Positions 10,501 through 23,697 of a stretch of 64,000 nt of DNA are shown here, piece by piece. The notes under the pieces are model-generated. The model was not told where the DNA came from, searched no databases, and was given only the letters and a program-made list of their open reading frames with translations. Positions within the stretch are counted from its first letter, which is position 1, and every line of letters starts with the position of its first letter. Source of the DNA: Eledone cirrhosa (taxonomy: Eukaryota); contig OZ024750.1 of NCBI GenBank assembly GCA_964016885.1, positions 8,432,001 to 8,496,000 of the forward strand, written 5' to 3'. The translations under genes were made by a program, and so were the position numbers.

Positions 10501-13500
10501 TTATGTGAGATAATCATGTGAGGTAAAGCCTTTAATACAAAATTACAATAGTAAATATAGATTAATGTAAATGCTAAAGGGTTAACAAAAAGAATTACCA
10601 AACGGCACTCCTGTAACATCGTTTAGTTATGTTATTAAAAACAAATCACTTAAACTGCAGTAGCCACAGAAATTCAACACAAAATTGCAGTTGCTGCAGC
10701 CAACACTTATGTGAAATTTATTTTGTTAAAATTTTTATTGCAATTATGTACCGTGCTCAGTAGGTAAGCGTTTAACTTCTTTGGCAGTATCAGTAGAGCG
10801 TCGGACACCGTGCTTTATAGCATAGTTACGGCCCTTTACTATCTGTGTTCAAATCTTGCCGAGGTTAGATTTGCCTTTCATCCTTACGGGATCGATAAAA
10901 TAAAGTACAGTCATTCACTGGGATTGATTCAATCGACAGCAATGAGCTTGGCTGGTCTTGCTTGGGGATACAGCTGGATCAGTTACAGACGGTTGCTGCT
11001 GACAGCACCTGCTAGAAGGCATGTTTGAGGACTCTGCCCCATGGCCCTCTCAGGAATATGTGGACGAAGAAGAAGAAGAAGAATGCAATAGGACTGATAC
11101 ATTTAAGTTAAGTTTATGAAACACTGGTCCAGACAGACAAAATAAATAAAACAAATTATATCAAAATATCTCTCATTTTGTTTTTAACAGTGTTTTGAAA
11201 AATGAAAAAATGTGTAATCCCAGTCTAGGGTGGAAAATATACCAAGAAGCACCCTGGTACTAACTACAAGTTGTCTTATTTTCTAACATATCTTATATGT
11301 AAAATCTCTATCTTTTTGCTTGTTTTTAGGTTAATTCCTGAACTTTTGCCTATAAAATCTATTACCGATTCAAGATTTGATTGTGTTGTACTTGTGACAA
11401 ATAGTATAGACAATCTTGATGACAGTCTTGCCCCACTGAAAGAGACCCTCACTGAATATAGCAAAGTAAGTTATCCTCTTTGAAATTACTTCAAGGTTTA
11501 GAAGAATTTTATCAATTGCCTTTTATCTCACAAAAATAGAGAGAGAATTGTATTTATCTATTAAGTACCTGCTGTAAAGTGGTTGGTGATAGGAAGGACG
11601 TTTAACCGTGGAAAGCTTGCCAAAGAAAGTGTTGTGTCACAGACATGATAACTTCTCTAGTGCCAGTGCTACAATAAAATACGCATGGTAGAATGTGGGA
11701 CTTTATGTAAGCGAGATGCAGACCCTTGGCCTGTCTGGAAAGTTAGTAACCCTGCTTCCATACTGACTTTAATAGTCTCTAATGATTTAGTAGAAATGAT
11801 CTAAAACAAGTTTATTATTTCAAATATTTTTAGTATGTTTACTAGCAGACAGATTGTATAAAGAGTAAATTTTTGTATATTTGCAGGTTGGAGACTTAAA
11901 AGAATTGGCAGTCCTGTATTGCAGTGCCTTACCATCGAAACGTTTAGTAAGTTGTAGTTTATTTTGTTGTTAATTCTAGTTTTGTAATCAGTTGGCTATT
12001 TCAATGTCTATCTATATCTAAGATGTTCTAAAATATGTTCTTATGTTTAGATCTGGAGCCCTACTGGACCTCTTGACAGGGATTATGATGACGTGAGGAG
12101 ATGGGGTGATGCTGCTGAAACAGGCGCTAAAAAGTAAAATTCTTTTCAAATAAAGAAACTATTATTATTATGGTGGTGGATTGGCAGTATCGGTAGTCTA
12201 ACACCATGCTTTGCAGCATAGAATTACGGCCCTTTACGGTCTGAGTTCAAATCCCGACAAGGTTAACTTTCCCTTTCATCCTTACGGGGTCGATAAAATA
12301 AAGTACCAGTAATGTACTGGGTAATTGCTGGCCTTGTGCCAAAAGTAGAAACAATTATTAGGGTGTGGGATTAGCAGTATTGGTAGAATGTTGGACACCA
12401 TGTATTCTGATTTCAAATCCTGCCGAGGTTGGCTTGGCCTTTCATCCTTTCAGGGTTGATAAAATTAAGTACCAGTAATACACTGGGGTCAATTTAATCG
12501 TATTTCAAGAAATGATTTATAAATATAAAAATAATTTAATGATTTTTGTGCATGTTTTTATTGGTTGATAGAATTCTTTCACAATGTAATAGCAGTATAT
12601 ATATTTTTTTACTTATTTGATGTATTTAAAAAAATTTCTTCCAAGGTCTTCAGCACTGAAGTGTAAAAATCCTTTATTGGTGCCTGTTGTAAAGAAGAGT
12701 TTTGAACAATCTCACAGGGTAGCCATATTAGGAGCACTCCATGGATTATATGTTGTAAGTATTTTCTTAGTGTTGTTTGCTTGAAAATGCTACTATTTCA
12801 TCTTCATATTATAACTGATAACCAGTTTGGAGAGTGTCTTATGTTTATGTTGGTAAAGGCAGGGCTGTTTGGTACAGAAATTCACACCACAACCATCTTT
12901 TGGAGTTTGATCCTACATTTTGGGCAAGGGACATCACTCTGTTCAAAACTTCTCTGACTGACTGTGGCTTTTACCCCTTACTTCATAGTTATGTGGTCAG
13001 CTGTAGAAGGGCTTTTCAACTACAGGGTTCCTCCCCAAAATTGACCAACAGTTAAAAATATAAATATAATTTATCATATTATATTTATTATGTGTAATTT
13101 GGAGATCAGAGAGTCACTCCAGGTAGAGCCACTACTATATTAGGACAACATAACCCTCTCCAAATATAACAAGTCTATATGTCTTTTATATAAAGTAAAT
13201 AGAGATTTTCCATTGTTATTTTTAGCCAATTGAGATAAGAGAGGATGTTCCAAAGAAGGCTGTTAAAGCCAAAACTCTTGGAGTTTGGTTCTCTGGAAAT
13301 TCTGGAGATTTGGATGTAGACAAAGAACTGTTGATATGCATGGCTTTAGAAGAAGGAAGGTATGTCCAGTTGATTTTAATATATATACTTACAACAGAAA
13401 TATTTATGTGTGTGTGTAAATGAATTTCTAAAATGTTTCTTTTTGTCTTTTAGAGTGGTCACTCGAGACATTGGGGGTTCTGACCCTGAGAGAATGTCAG

Positions 13501-16500
13501 CCCCAAATGTAGCTGATTATGTGAAAAAGGTTTTGGGCAGTGCAGAATCTGGCATTAAGGTAATTTCAAAATTTGGGCTTTAATTTGTGATTTATTATAA
13601 TCAGTTCAAATCCTGCCAAGGTGAGCTTTGCCTTTCATCCTTACAGGGTCAATAAAATAAAGTACCAGTAACTCACTGAGTGCGATTCAATCGACTTTCC
13701 CCTTCCCCAAAATTGTTGGCCTTGTGCCTAAATCAGAAACCAATATTAAAGAAGGGAAGATAACTCTCTCTCACTATTTTGCTTTAATAGTTTATTTAAA
13801 TTCCAGTCAACAACAATTTTAATTTAATGATGTTCTTATATTTATACTCATTGTGTTTTATTTTAGTTCACCCAATGAATACGTTTTCTATATCTTCTAG
13901 ATTACCATACAGTCGGATGGTGATGAACTCGAGAAGAACTATCCCTGTCTTGGAGCTGTTAACAGAGGAGTTAAAAGTAAGCATGATTTTTAGCTTTAAA
14001 GGTTCCTGTTATTTAATCTAATCTAATCTGGCCGAGTTTACACTCGCAAATAAGAAGAACCAGGGACCTCCCCTAGGAGCATTGGATTTGGTGTACTTCA
14101 TATTTGTTTTGGTTGCTGAATACAATCAGGGGTCGCCTCTTCTCCTGAAGGTCAATAGTTCTCTTCTAATTAAATACACTCTTTCAATTAATTAATGAAT
14201 AATTATGTGGGCTTTATTAGAATTATTATTTTATTAAGATAGTAAATTAGCATATGGTTCGTATATAAGTGGAGAAATATGTGACAAAAACAAATTTGAT
14301 AGTAAAATGAGGACTTATATTTGAGGTCAATATTTTGCTGCTTTTCACTAACTTTAAAATTCCACATAAATGAGGTGCTAAAATATTTTCACTTTGTAGG
14401 TGAGTATTACACCTGTTTCACTTTGGTGGTAAATATTACACCTATTTCACTTCATAGCTGTATATTACACTGGTTTCACTTTGGAGGTGAATATTACACT
14501 GGTTTCACTTTGGAGGTGAATATTACACTGGTTTCACTTTGGAGGTGAATATTACACCTGTTTCACTTTGTTGGTGTATATTATACTGGTTTTATTTTCG
14601 ACGTGTAAATTCGTATTTCCTATTGTTTCTCATATATTTTGAATGTATATATGTTCTTCAAAACGGTCAGTATTTGGTGAAAGAAAAATCATTATTTAAT
14701 GAACAAAAAACTATACTCTAAACTACACTTAAAACATTTTAAATATCAAAATATTAAAATTTTATAAATATATTCTCCACTCCTGAGAATTTGAAAACTG
14801 CTCGATATAAATAACTGGTTGATTACCTACAGCGACTTATATACAAGGTTTAAACATTTTGCCCATTTTTCTGATATAAAATAAGAGTTAAGAGCGAGGG
14901 GGTCGACTTATATTCGGAACGGCTTATATGTGAGTATTTCGTTTTGAGAGTTACCTCCCTTGAACTAATATCGTGAATAGACATTCTGCTTTCTATACAG
15001 TATGAGAAAATACATCTCGATATTTCGTTTTTGGATTTGTTTAGCTTGCAAGATGCACACTGCAACTACACATCCATAGGAGCATATTTACTTCATTGCT
15101 TTCCATTCTTCACAAATACTCTGTGCTCAAAACTCAAATGTTGTTTCCAAGCAGCATCAGTTTTCACACAGGCATCATAGAATATACCTTCTACTCTAAC
15201 AGAGAAGCCTTTCCTTTTTTTTTTTTTTTTTTTATTTCTTTCTAGACCTGGATCGCCATGCTGCAAGAGTCATCTTGTTGGAATACACTGGCAGTGGATC
15301 AACTGACCAAAATGTTTTCCTTGTCGGAAAGGTATTTTTTGTTTCTTTTAGTATAAACACTGTCACATTGCTGAAGACTGTATCTTTGGATCGTTTGTAC
15401 CACAGTACTCTCAAATTATTGTTGAAGCTCGTAAAGTAAGCAAACAAACAAACAAACAGCAACAATCATTTTAATGTTATTTTCCCAACTAAAGTAGGAG
15501 TTAGTCTTGTGAAGATCCATGAATTTATCTGAAAACGTACCATTATATATTTATGTAAGTACCAGTAATACACTGGATAATTGCTGGCCTTGTGCCAAAA
15601 GTAGAAACAATTATATATTTATGTACCATTATATATTTATGTACCATTATATATTTATATATTTATATTAAGGGCGGTGGATTGGCAGTATCGGTAGAGG
15701 GTCTGACGCTATGCTTTGCAGCAAAGAGTTACGCCCCTTTATGGTTTGAGTTCAAATCCCGCCGAGGTTAACTTTGCCTTTCATCCTTACGGGGTCGATA
15801 AAATAAAGTACCAGTAATGCACTGGGATAATTGCTGGCCTTGTGCCAAAAGTAGAAACAATTATATATTTATGTAAGAACATGTGTTTCAAATACCAACT
15901 GATGAAACACCATCATCATCGTTTAATGTCCATCTTCCACGCAAGCATGAGTTGGACGGGTTTGTCCCACTTGTGGCAAGATTGGTTGGGTGACCATGTC
16001 TCGCTCGTACAGAACTGTTTCTGGTAGGTTTTTCTACGGTTGGATGTCCTTCCTAACACAAACCACATTTACAGTGTAGACTGGGGGGCCGTTTTACCGT
16101 GTCTCTTACACATCCACTTTACTGTGTGGACTGGGTACTTTTTGTCATGTCACCTACACGACCACTATACAGTGGACGAAAGTGGGAGAATGGAGCAGGG
16201 TGTGTAGGTGGGGTGTATATTGGGTTAAGAGGTGCCTACTAACTAGGTTTAAGTTCGTAATATAGTTATATGTATTACTAAATCTCTACAAATTCTTGGT
16301 TATGTTCAAAATATGAAACCATATGCAGTGTTTTTCATTATGAATATAGTAATGAAATGGTCAATATAATAAAGTGATTGTTGAAGGTCCTCTTTACTTT
16401 GTGTGTACTCAGGGCATCACATATGACACTGGTGGCCATGATATCAAAGCTGGTGGACATATGGCTGGTATGCATCGTGATAAATGTGGAGCTGCTGCAG

Positions 16501-19500
16501 TGGCTGGATTCTTTAAGGTAAGAGATTTACTTTTATTTGTGTTATAGGGGCTGTTGACAAGACAATCTACCTTATGCTGGGTCATGTAGAGTCGGGTTGG
16601 ATGGCACTGTTTAATGTTGGGTCAGGTAGCATTGGGTTGGGATTGTTCGCAGTCGGGTTAGGACCATTTTGGTGTGTCAGATCGGGTCAGGTGGGGCTAT
16701 TCAGTGTGTCAGGTCGGATTAGGTTGGGTCTCGTCCTTTGGGACCTGTCAGTGTGCTGGATCAGGTTGGGTGGGACAGTTTGGTGTGCCAAGTTGAGTGG
16801 GTGGGCAGTCATCCCGATATAAACTGTGTTGACAGTTGACATGATATAATGGCTGTAACAAATGTCAACTAATACAAAATATATAAAACTGTGTGTATAT
16901 TGGCTTATGATGTAAAGTAACTGATCCCAATTGAAACTGGTTAACTAAACTAAACCAATGGATTTATGTTCTGCCTATCAATACGACTGAATTAGCTGCC
17001 ATAGAGTGATATTGCTGTTCAATAATATCTTCCTTTTATCACTTCAGGTGTTGTCTATTTTGAAACCTTCTCATATCAAGGTAACAGGATCAATGTCGAT
17101 GGTACGAAATGAAGTTGGACCAGGTAACCTATTGTTTTTTTGTTTTTTACCAATTATCTCTCTCTCTCTCCATCATCTTAGGCCATGTCTGTCTTTGTCT
17201 TCTCCTTCCTCTACTTTCTTCCAGTCACTTCCATCACTCCATTTTCCTAGTCACCTTTATCCTTCCTCAACACAGGACTTAACCATCTCATTCCATTTTT
17301 CCTTCACAACATTCATAATACCTAATACAAATATATATATTCATTTAAAATATTAGAAAGAATTGGGATCTGATGGTTGAGTTATTGCCGTTTCCACAGC
17401 TAGTTCCAGTCTAGCTGTCAGGCCTTGACTCTAATATAGTCACACTCAACTATCCCAAATATCGAGTAGTGTGTTGAATACTTGTTTAATACTGGTTCAA
17501 TCCTGATATTCATTTTATATATATATAGTCAGCATATGTAGACAATTATAATAGACATAGAAACATATGTTAAAGCAAATAAATTCCTAATCTCCTTCAC
17601 GCCAATGTTTATATTTTTCTTGGTGCAATACTTGCTTATATCTTGTTCATTATTGATATATCTTGTTCATTATTGATTTAACTGTGGTTGTTTTTCTCAT
17701 ATTTACTTTCTTTACAATCTCTATAGAGGCCTATGTTGCAGATGAAATCATTACATCTCGTTCTAAAGTCAGAATTCGTATTGGTAACACTGATGCTGAA
17801 GGCAGGATGGCAATGGCTGATTTGCTGTGTTATATGAAAGAACAGGTTTGTTATTTTGTTTTGGTTCTTATCCACAATGCTTATGAGTTATATTTCTGTG
17901 TTGATCAAAACTGCACTTTAGTTTCCCAACCCAGCCAAAACCATCTCTGGAACTGTGAAACAAAAGCACTCATTTTAAAGGTTTCAAATTTAAATTTTTC
18001 ATAATGATTTTATCTAAGAAGCTTACATTAATTTACAATCTTAGTAATGAAATAATTGATTATTTTTGTAAATCCCTCAGAATTCTTCATTAACAAATTG
18101 AAATAGGGTGTATATCATTAGAAATATGGTCATGAAAGGGTTAAAACATAAAGGTAGTATATGTTTCTAATGAACTGCACTCTCCATGCCTTTTAATTAA
18201 TTTTGAAGGTAAAGAATTTGGAGAGATTTGATAAAATAACTTAATCATTATTAAGCTGGTATTTAGAACATAAATTTCTGATAGGTTTCATTTTATTTCA
18301 AATATGAATGCTTTAAAACAGACATGTATTCAAATGTGTAAATGTTTTTCTTAAATTTGTATTTCTGTTTTTTTTGTTTTTTTCGTATAGGCTATGAAAG
18401 TAAAAAATCCTCAAATTTTCACCATTGCTACCCTCACAGGCCATGCTGTACTGGCAATGGGTGAAGACTATACTGTAAGTTAAATATAATCTTTCTTTTC
18501 TCTGTATTAGTTTTTGTTCAGTTGAGAGACCCATCAAGTCACAGCTTATCCTAGTTTCATGTGGCATTAAGTGACAGAAAGTACAGCCTATTACAAACTT
18601 ACTTCCCAGCTGTTGGTACTTTATTTTCAAAACAATGAACTGAAGTAAAATGAAGTGCCTTGCTCAACAATGTTATATCAAGGAAATCTTGGACTTTAGG
18701 TTCCCTTTTATGAATGTTTATGCTCTTCTGCCTTTTACTGTGATCCCATCTGAAGACTGGTCCACCATTATGTTTTTATGTTTCTCTCTACAGGCAATTA
18801 TGGATAATGGCCCAGCCAAGAAGAAAATGATATCTCAAACCATGCAGAACGTTGGACATTCTATTGGAGATATGTTTGAAATTTCAAATATCCGCCGTGA
18901 GGTAAAATCTCCTTTAATCTCTTAAACCTGGTGTACATGTGTGTGTGACTGATTTAATACTAATTTTCTTTTTCCTTTTATATATTTGCATAAACTGCAA
19001 TGTATTATGTCCTATCTAAAATGAACCTTTACAACACAAAACAACGACAAAAATAATTTTTAGTCAGTTTTTTCTTTTGAAGCAGTGGTTAGTCTTGCAG
19101 GCCCCATTATAGGCTTAATCATACTTATCATGGGGTCTTTTTCAGTCTGTGTTTTACAGCCAGTTTCTCTTCCTGGTAACCAGCATTTTTTAAAAACATT
19201 TTTTTTTTTTAGTTTTTAATGTTTTGTTTCATTCTTGTATACTACAGTAGCAAGGTGTGTGTATGAAGTGTGTGGGTGTGTGTGTCTATTCTGGTTTTGA
19301 CATAACTCATTAAACAGATCAATGAATCGTTTGTTTTGTCTGTGAACTCGGCAGGTTTCTCAACTTGCTGGCTGAAATATTTTAAAGTTTTTCTGCTAAA
19401 AATGTTAGCATTTACACAATGTTTCTATAAATATAACACAATCATTATAGATTTCAATAACAATATCGTAAATAGAATCACTGTTTAATTAGATTCTATT

Positions 19501-20784
19501 ATTGGTTTCTAATTTAGACACAAGGCCAACAATTTAGTGGGAGAGGAAAGTAGATTAAATCAATCCCTGTGTATTACTGGTACTTTATTTTACAGAGGCG
19601 ATTTAATCAACTTTTCCTTCTCCTCAAATTATTGGCCTTGAGCTTAAATCAGAAACCTTTAGATTCTAATAATAAACTTACTTCATCATTATTATAATTG
19701 TTTTTATATCTGCTTTTGTTTGGCAATAGTATTGGAGTTGTGATCTCTCAATTCAGAGAAGTGGTAGCTCTACTCTTTGCTATAATTTACTATTACTCTC
19801 TTCTGCTACTTGCTTCCATAATATATCATCTCAACTCATCTAGAACAATATTTTATGGTTTACATTATCAGGACTACGTCTTCCATACTGGCAAATCTGA
19901 ATATGAAGACGTTCTTCAGTGTAACAATTTACCATCTTCCCAAACACCGAGAGGTCATCAGTCACCAGCTGCATTCCTTATTATGGCATCAGGAATGGAT
20001 AAAGTAAGTTGGCATCAATAATATTGAACAGTTTTAATATTTCCACTATATTTTAACCTTTTTTTTTCTTTGCAAAGAAATTAATCTGCTTTTTAATTAT
20101 CACTTTACATCTGAAATAACTGACAGTGGCTTAAATTTGTCTGTCTGGCTTACATTTATCTCTGTCTCTGAGTGTTTCTATTTGTCTGTTTTCGTATCCA
20201 TCTATAAATATATGAATAAATAATTATAAGTTTATTTATCTCTAATTTGTCTATATTTCACTGTTTGCGTTCATGTGTCTCCGTTTGTCCATCTATCTCC
20301 CTGTTTGTCCATCTGTCTCCCTGTTTGTCCATCTGTCTCCCTGTTTGTCCATCTGTCTCTCTGTTTGTCCATCTGTCTCTCTGTTTGTCCATCTGTCTCT
20401 CTGTTTGTCCATCTGTCTCTCTGTTTGTCCATCTGTCTCCCTGTTTGTCCATCTCCCTTCCTCTCTCCCACCTTGTTCATCTCCCTCTCTCCCTCTGTCT
20501 CCCATCCTGTTCGTCTGTCTGTCTACCTCCCAACCACCCTGTTCATTCTACTTCTCCTCTGCTTAGTTTTATAGCTTCCTGTGGAATCTTAAAGCAATTT
20601 TGTTTACATTTGTAATATAACTAAATATTGTTTCCTTTTGTCTTTCTAGCATGGCATTGATTCAAACACTCCAATTCCATACTCTCATGTTGACATTGCT
20701 GGTTCAAGTGGACCATTTCCTGGTGTTCCAACAGGTGCTCCAGTTTTGGCACTGTCAAGTCATTACATTCTGACTCATATCTAG
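7503..20784 (+). CDS. M17 family leucyl aminopeptidase (C. elegans W07G4.4-like type), 16 coding exons, 520 aa
   Basis: Hand-spliced GT-AG exons total 1563 nt with consistent phases. Motifs VGKGITYDTGG, DIK, MHRDKCG, NTDAEGR, ATLTG, HVDIAG: metal ligands and catalytic Lys/Arg present. Confidence 0.95.
8660..9344. mobile_element. ~75-bp imperfect inverted repeats enclosing the Merlin fragment
   Basis: 8660-8735 cgatacactct..tttacaac.ggtctctata..tagtattgcgtgtgtgattatttt is the reverse complement of 9270-9344. Confidence 0.8.
8836..9208 (+). pseudogene. Merlin / IS1595 (ISXO2-like) transposase, C-terminal half
   Basis: VPDRTRETLVPIIQEWILPGSHIMSDGWASY...VVHQQNFVDP...HTQLIENTWSRAK...YLAEFLWR; N-terminus replaced by a microsatellite. 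Confidence 0.9.
10378..10585. mobile_element. piggyBac-like MITE (left end eroded)
   Basis: Ends ...taaatgctaaagggTTAA; same family as 30931-31134 and 35483-35694. Confidence 0.7.
10780..10940 (+). mobile_element. tRNA-derived SINE, partial
   Basis: tggcagtatc..gttcaaatc..gcctttcatccttacggg.tcgataaaataaagtac core. Confidence 0.85.
10942..11082 (+). mobile_element. RTE-type LINE 3' fragment with (GAA)n tail
   Basis: Matches the reverse complement of 63790-63930. Confidence 0.75.
11330..11465 (+). CDS. Aminopeptidase exon 2
   Basis: ttag|g LIPELLPIKSITDSRFDCVVLVT...EYSK|gtaag. Confidence 0.88.
11887..11946 (+). CDS. Aminopeptidase exon 3
   Basis: gcag|VGDLKELAVLYCSALPSKRL|gtaag. Confidence 0.88.
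12051..12133 (+). CDS. Aminopeptidase exon 4
   Basis: ttag|IWSPTGPLDRDYDDVRRWGDAAETGAK-|gtaaaa. Confidence 0.92.
12170..12500 (+). mobile_element. Two tandem tRNA-derived SINE copies
   Basis: ~12170-12358 and ~12361-12500, each with A-box-like TGGCAGTATCGGT, B-box GTTCAAATCC and the shared core. Confidence 0.9.
12646..12754 (+). CDS. Aminopeptidase exon 5
   Basis: caag|-SSALKCKNPLLV...ALHGLYV|gtaagt. Confidence 0.88.
13226..13359 (+). CDS. Aminopeptidase exon 6
   Basis: ttag|PIEIREDVP...ALEEG-|gtatgt. Confidence 0.92.
13454..13559 (+). CDS. Aminopeptidase exon 7
   Basis: ttag|-VVTRDIGGSDPERMSAP...GIK|gtaatt. Confidence 0.94.
13602..13745 (+). mobile_element. SINE, 5'-truncated
   Basis: Same core. 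Confidence 0.85.
13901..13976 (+). CDS. Aminopeptidase exon 8
   Basis: ctag|ITIQSDGDELEKNYPCLGAVNRGVK-|gtaagc. Confidence 0.92.
14385..14600 (+). repeat. 29-bp minisatellite (tattacactggtttcactttggaggtgaa)n
   Basis: About 7 units; the central three are identical. Confidence 0.9.
15246..15331 (+). CDS. Aminopeptidase exon 9
   Basis: ctag|-LDRHAARVILLEY...FLVGK|gtattt. Confidence 0.94.
15672..15862 (+). mobile_element. Full-length SINE (extra 3' fragment at ~15557-15612)
   Basis: ggcggtggattggcagtatcggtagag...gtagaaacaattat. Confidence 0.92.
16413..16517 (+). CDS. Aminopeptidase exon 10
   Basis: tcag|GITYDTGGHDIKAGGHMAGMHRDKCGAAAVAGFFK|gtaaga. Confidence 0.96.
17048..17123 (+). CDS. Aminopeptidase exon 11
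   Basis: tcag|VLSILKPSHIKVTGSMSMVRNEVGP-|gtaacc. Confidence 0.94.
17727..17845 (+). CDS. Aminopeptidase exon 12
   Basis: atag|-AYVADEII...GNTDAEGRMAMADLL...KEQ|gtttgt. Confidence 0.96.
18391..18474 (+). CDS. Aminopeptidase exon 13
   Basis: atag|AMKVKNPQIFTIATLTGHAVLAMGEDYT|gtaagt. Confidence 0.95.
18794..18901 (+). CDS. Aminopeptidase exon 14
   Basis: acag|AIMDNGPA...FEISNIRRE|gtaaaa. Confidence 0.95.
19872..20003 (+). CDS. Aminopeptidase exon 15
   Basis: tcag|DYVFHTGKSEYEDVLQCNN...RGHQSPAAFLIMASGMDK|gtaagt. Confidence 0.95.
20275..20455 (+). repeat. 20-bp minisatellite (ctgtttgtccatctgtctcY)n
   Basis: About 9 near-perfect units in the last intron. Confidence 0.95.
20650..20784 (+). CDS. 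Aminopeptidase exon 16 (terminal)
   Basis: ctag|HGIDSNTPIPYSHVDIAGSSGPFPGVPTGAPVLALSSHYILTHI*. Confidence 0.95.
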   Translation, partial: HGIDSNTPIPYSHVDIAGSSGPFPGVPTGAPVLALSSHYILTHI

Positions 20785-20840
20785 AATCACTCCTAACAAC
20801 AATCAAATAAGATGAACATATTTGATTCCATTTTATTACA

Positions 20841-20846
20841 AATAAA
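20841..20846 (+). terminator. Candidate polyadenylation signal
   Basis: AATAAA ~57 nt after the stop, followed by T-rich sequence. Confidence 0.55.
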
Positions 20847-21549
20847 AGTATTTTTTTTAATCAATTTCTGATTTCTGATTTGAAACTTAACCTTTTCATT
20901 ACCATGTTTCTCATAAAAATTACTGCCTGATTTTCAAATAGTTTTTAAAATAATTTGGTTATATAAGCTGGTGCTTTGGAACATATATTAACCTTCTTAC
21001 ATAAAATGTTGATGTAAGGTTTTTATATAAATATAAATACTTTAAAATTAATAGATTTGAATTGAAGGACCAGAGTCGGTTTTAATATTAAAAGGATTAA
21101 CATCAAATATCAAATTTGTGTCCTAATAAAATTATTTTTCTCAATCTATTTTTGGATCTTGATTTAAAACTTTAATGACAATAAAGTTTTGTATTCAAAT
21201 ATTCTTATGGTCTCTTTTATATATATATATATTTCTTTTTTTATGTTTTTCTCTGCCTTTTTTTTTTTTTTTTTTTTTTATTTTTTTATTTTTAAATAGC
21301 AAGATCAATGTATTCATTCGAGAAAAGTGAATTCAAAATGACACCTGGATCTTTTTTTTTTTTTTGCCCATTTCTCTGACAGAAAATAGTGGGGTTGGTT
21401 TATATTAGTGTACATATAGTGGAGACCAGTGCTAGACTAGGCAGTAAGCAAAACAAGCATATGCTTAGGGCATCAAGGAAGAGGGGTAACATTTTATTCA
21501 TAGTCTGATGCTCTACCGATACTGCCAAACCACCGCTCTATATATAATA

Positions 21550-21740
21550 ATAATTGTTTCTACTTTAGGCACAAGGCCAGCAAATACCCAGTGCATTACT
21601 AGTACTTTATTTTATCGACCCCGTAAGGATGAAAGGCAAAGTCAACCTCGGCGGGATTTGAACTCAGATCATAAAGGGACGTAACTATGCTGGAAAGCAT
21701 GGCGTCAAACCCTCTACCGATACTGCCAATCCACCGCCCT
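21550..21740 (-). mobile_element. Full-length SINE (duplicated head fragment at ~21503-21540)
   Basis: Reverse complement of the SINE consensus. Confidence 0.92.
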
Positions 21741-21919
21741 ATATATAATAATAATGTTGGAAGGTTTGAATTTAAATAAGTATTTTTTAAAATTGGTGGT
21801 TTTGTTTCATATTAACAGGGGTGGTGGTGGCCAGGTTGGTATCAAAATCATTAAACACAAGGCGCCATATATATTTAGTCTATGAATATAATTGATTTAA
21901 TCATATTCCAATATATATC

Positions 21920-21954
<35 letters not shown>

Positions 21955-23697
21955 CCACTGAACTGACAATGTAAAAAAAAATACAATTAGATACCTAATA
22001 TGTGAACCAGTGAAATAGGTATTATATCTTGATACTCTTATCTGTATGTTTTCAAATACTAATTCTCTGTGTGACCTCTACAGTTGAATCAGGGATTGCG
22101 AATTAGTGGGTGACATGAGGGGGAGAGGTTAATAAATTAAGATAAGAGAGTATCAAGTAACAGACCTGGGCGGAATAGAAAGTATGGCAGTAGGATGTTG
22201 TTTAACTATATAAAGACGTGATGGAATGTTTGACGCCTGAATGAGGAAGAAACTAAGTTTATGCTGTTTAAAGTTATCTGGTTGCTGGAATAAAGGCATA
22301 AGTAATAAAAAATTGGAGTAAGTATGTGTTAAAATGTGCCATGGACATCAGTAAGAAATATATAGTGGAACCTTGGTTCACAAATGTCTCTTATCACAGA
22401 CAATTTTTCTGAACATAAATCATCACAGTTCACAAATGAGTAATAAACTTGCAAGCTGGCTACAATGGTTGGCAACAAGCTGGGAGTATCAGTGGGAAAT
22501 CATCACTTGCTGTGTAGTTAGTTACTCTGGTGATATCTATCTCTTTCACACATCTCTCTCTCTATTTCTTTCTTAACATTTCATATGATAAAATAATAGT
22601 TTTGGTCTATGAACACTTCAGATGACAAATGGCCTTCAGAATCAAATTAAGTGAATTTTAATCAGTCATAAGGAGCAGCAAGTTGAGCATAGTTTGTCTA
22701 TTGTTCCATTTCTATTATATAACTAGCAGAAAAATTGAATCTAATATATAACAAAAAATTAACTATTGACAATGGGAAATTATTCTCTTCATATAGGCCA
22801 ATATTTGGTTGTATTCTACAGTATTAAGACAGTATTATCAATGGTAACTGTCACAGAAATTCACTGATACTTGTTTCGTGTTTTGAGAAAGTAGTATAAC
22901 GGATAATAAAATATCTTATAAGAGTTATTGGCAAGATTCTTGTTGAACTATTGGTGGGTGGCAATTGACTGCAAATATTTTTTTTATAAGGGAATGGATT
23001 GGCATAAAAAAAAAAAAAAGGCAATCTCTAATCTATAAGTTCATTTTACATTTAGTCAAATCAATAACACTTTTTTTTTCTTCTTATCTTTAATCGTTAT
23101 CAAACAAAATTTGATTATAAACATTTTCTTTTACTAATAAATCATTCTGGATTTACATATACAAAAATTCCAGCAGATAATAGATAAAGATATATGTATG
23201 TTGTGATATTTCCTTTCTTCTACTAATAAATCATTCATAATTTACATATGAAGATCAATCAGGTATCATTCATTGATATTTTATTTTGTGGATCAATTGC
23301 GTTTTACTTAACAAAAGAACACTGAAAAAGAGAATTTACTAATTAACCATTTGTGAAATATTTTCACAATTAAATTTTTCAGTAAAATTTGAATGGTGAC
23401 TATTTACAATGAAAAACCCATCTTTCATTTTCATTCACTTGCATTTTATGTAAGTATACCAGCGCGCGCGCACACACACTCTCTCTCTCTGTACAGAGTC
23501 TTGTCACCCACAACCTAAAAGAAAAATTATATTATTACTATTAGAAAATTATATTATTTTTATCTATTATAAGAAAATTATATTATTATTGCCTTTCATC
23601 CTTACGGGGTCGATAAAATAAAGTACCAGTAATATACTGAGATAATTGTGCCAAAAGTAGAAACAATTATTATTGTATATTATAATTAATGATATTA

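Noticed and set aside
11191-11260. Alternative first coding exon (ATGAAAAAATG) for the aminopeptidase
   Set aside because: No convincing donor giving the required phase 2.
15672-15765. tRNA genes at SINE heads
   Set aside because: A/B boxes present but no cloverleaf, and always joined to the SINE body.
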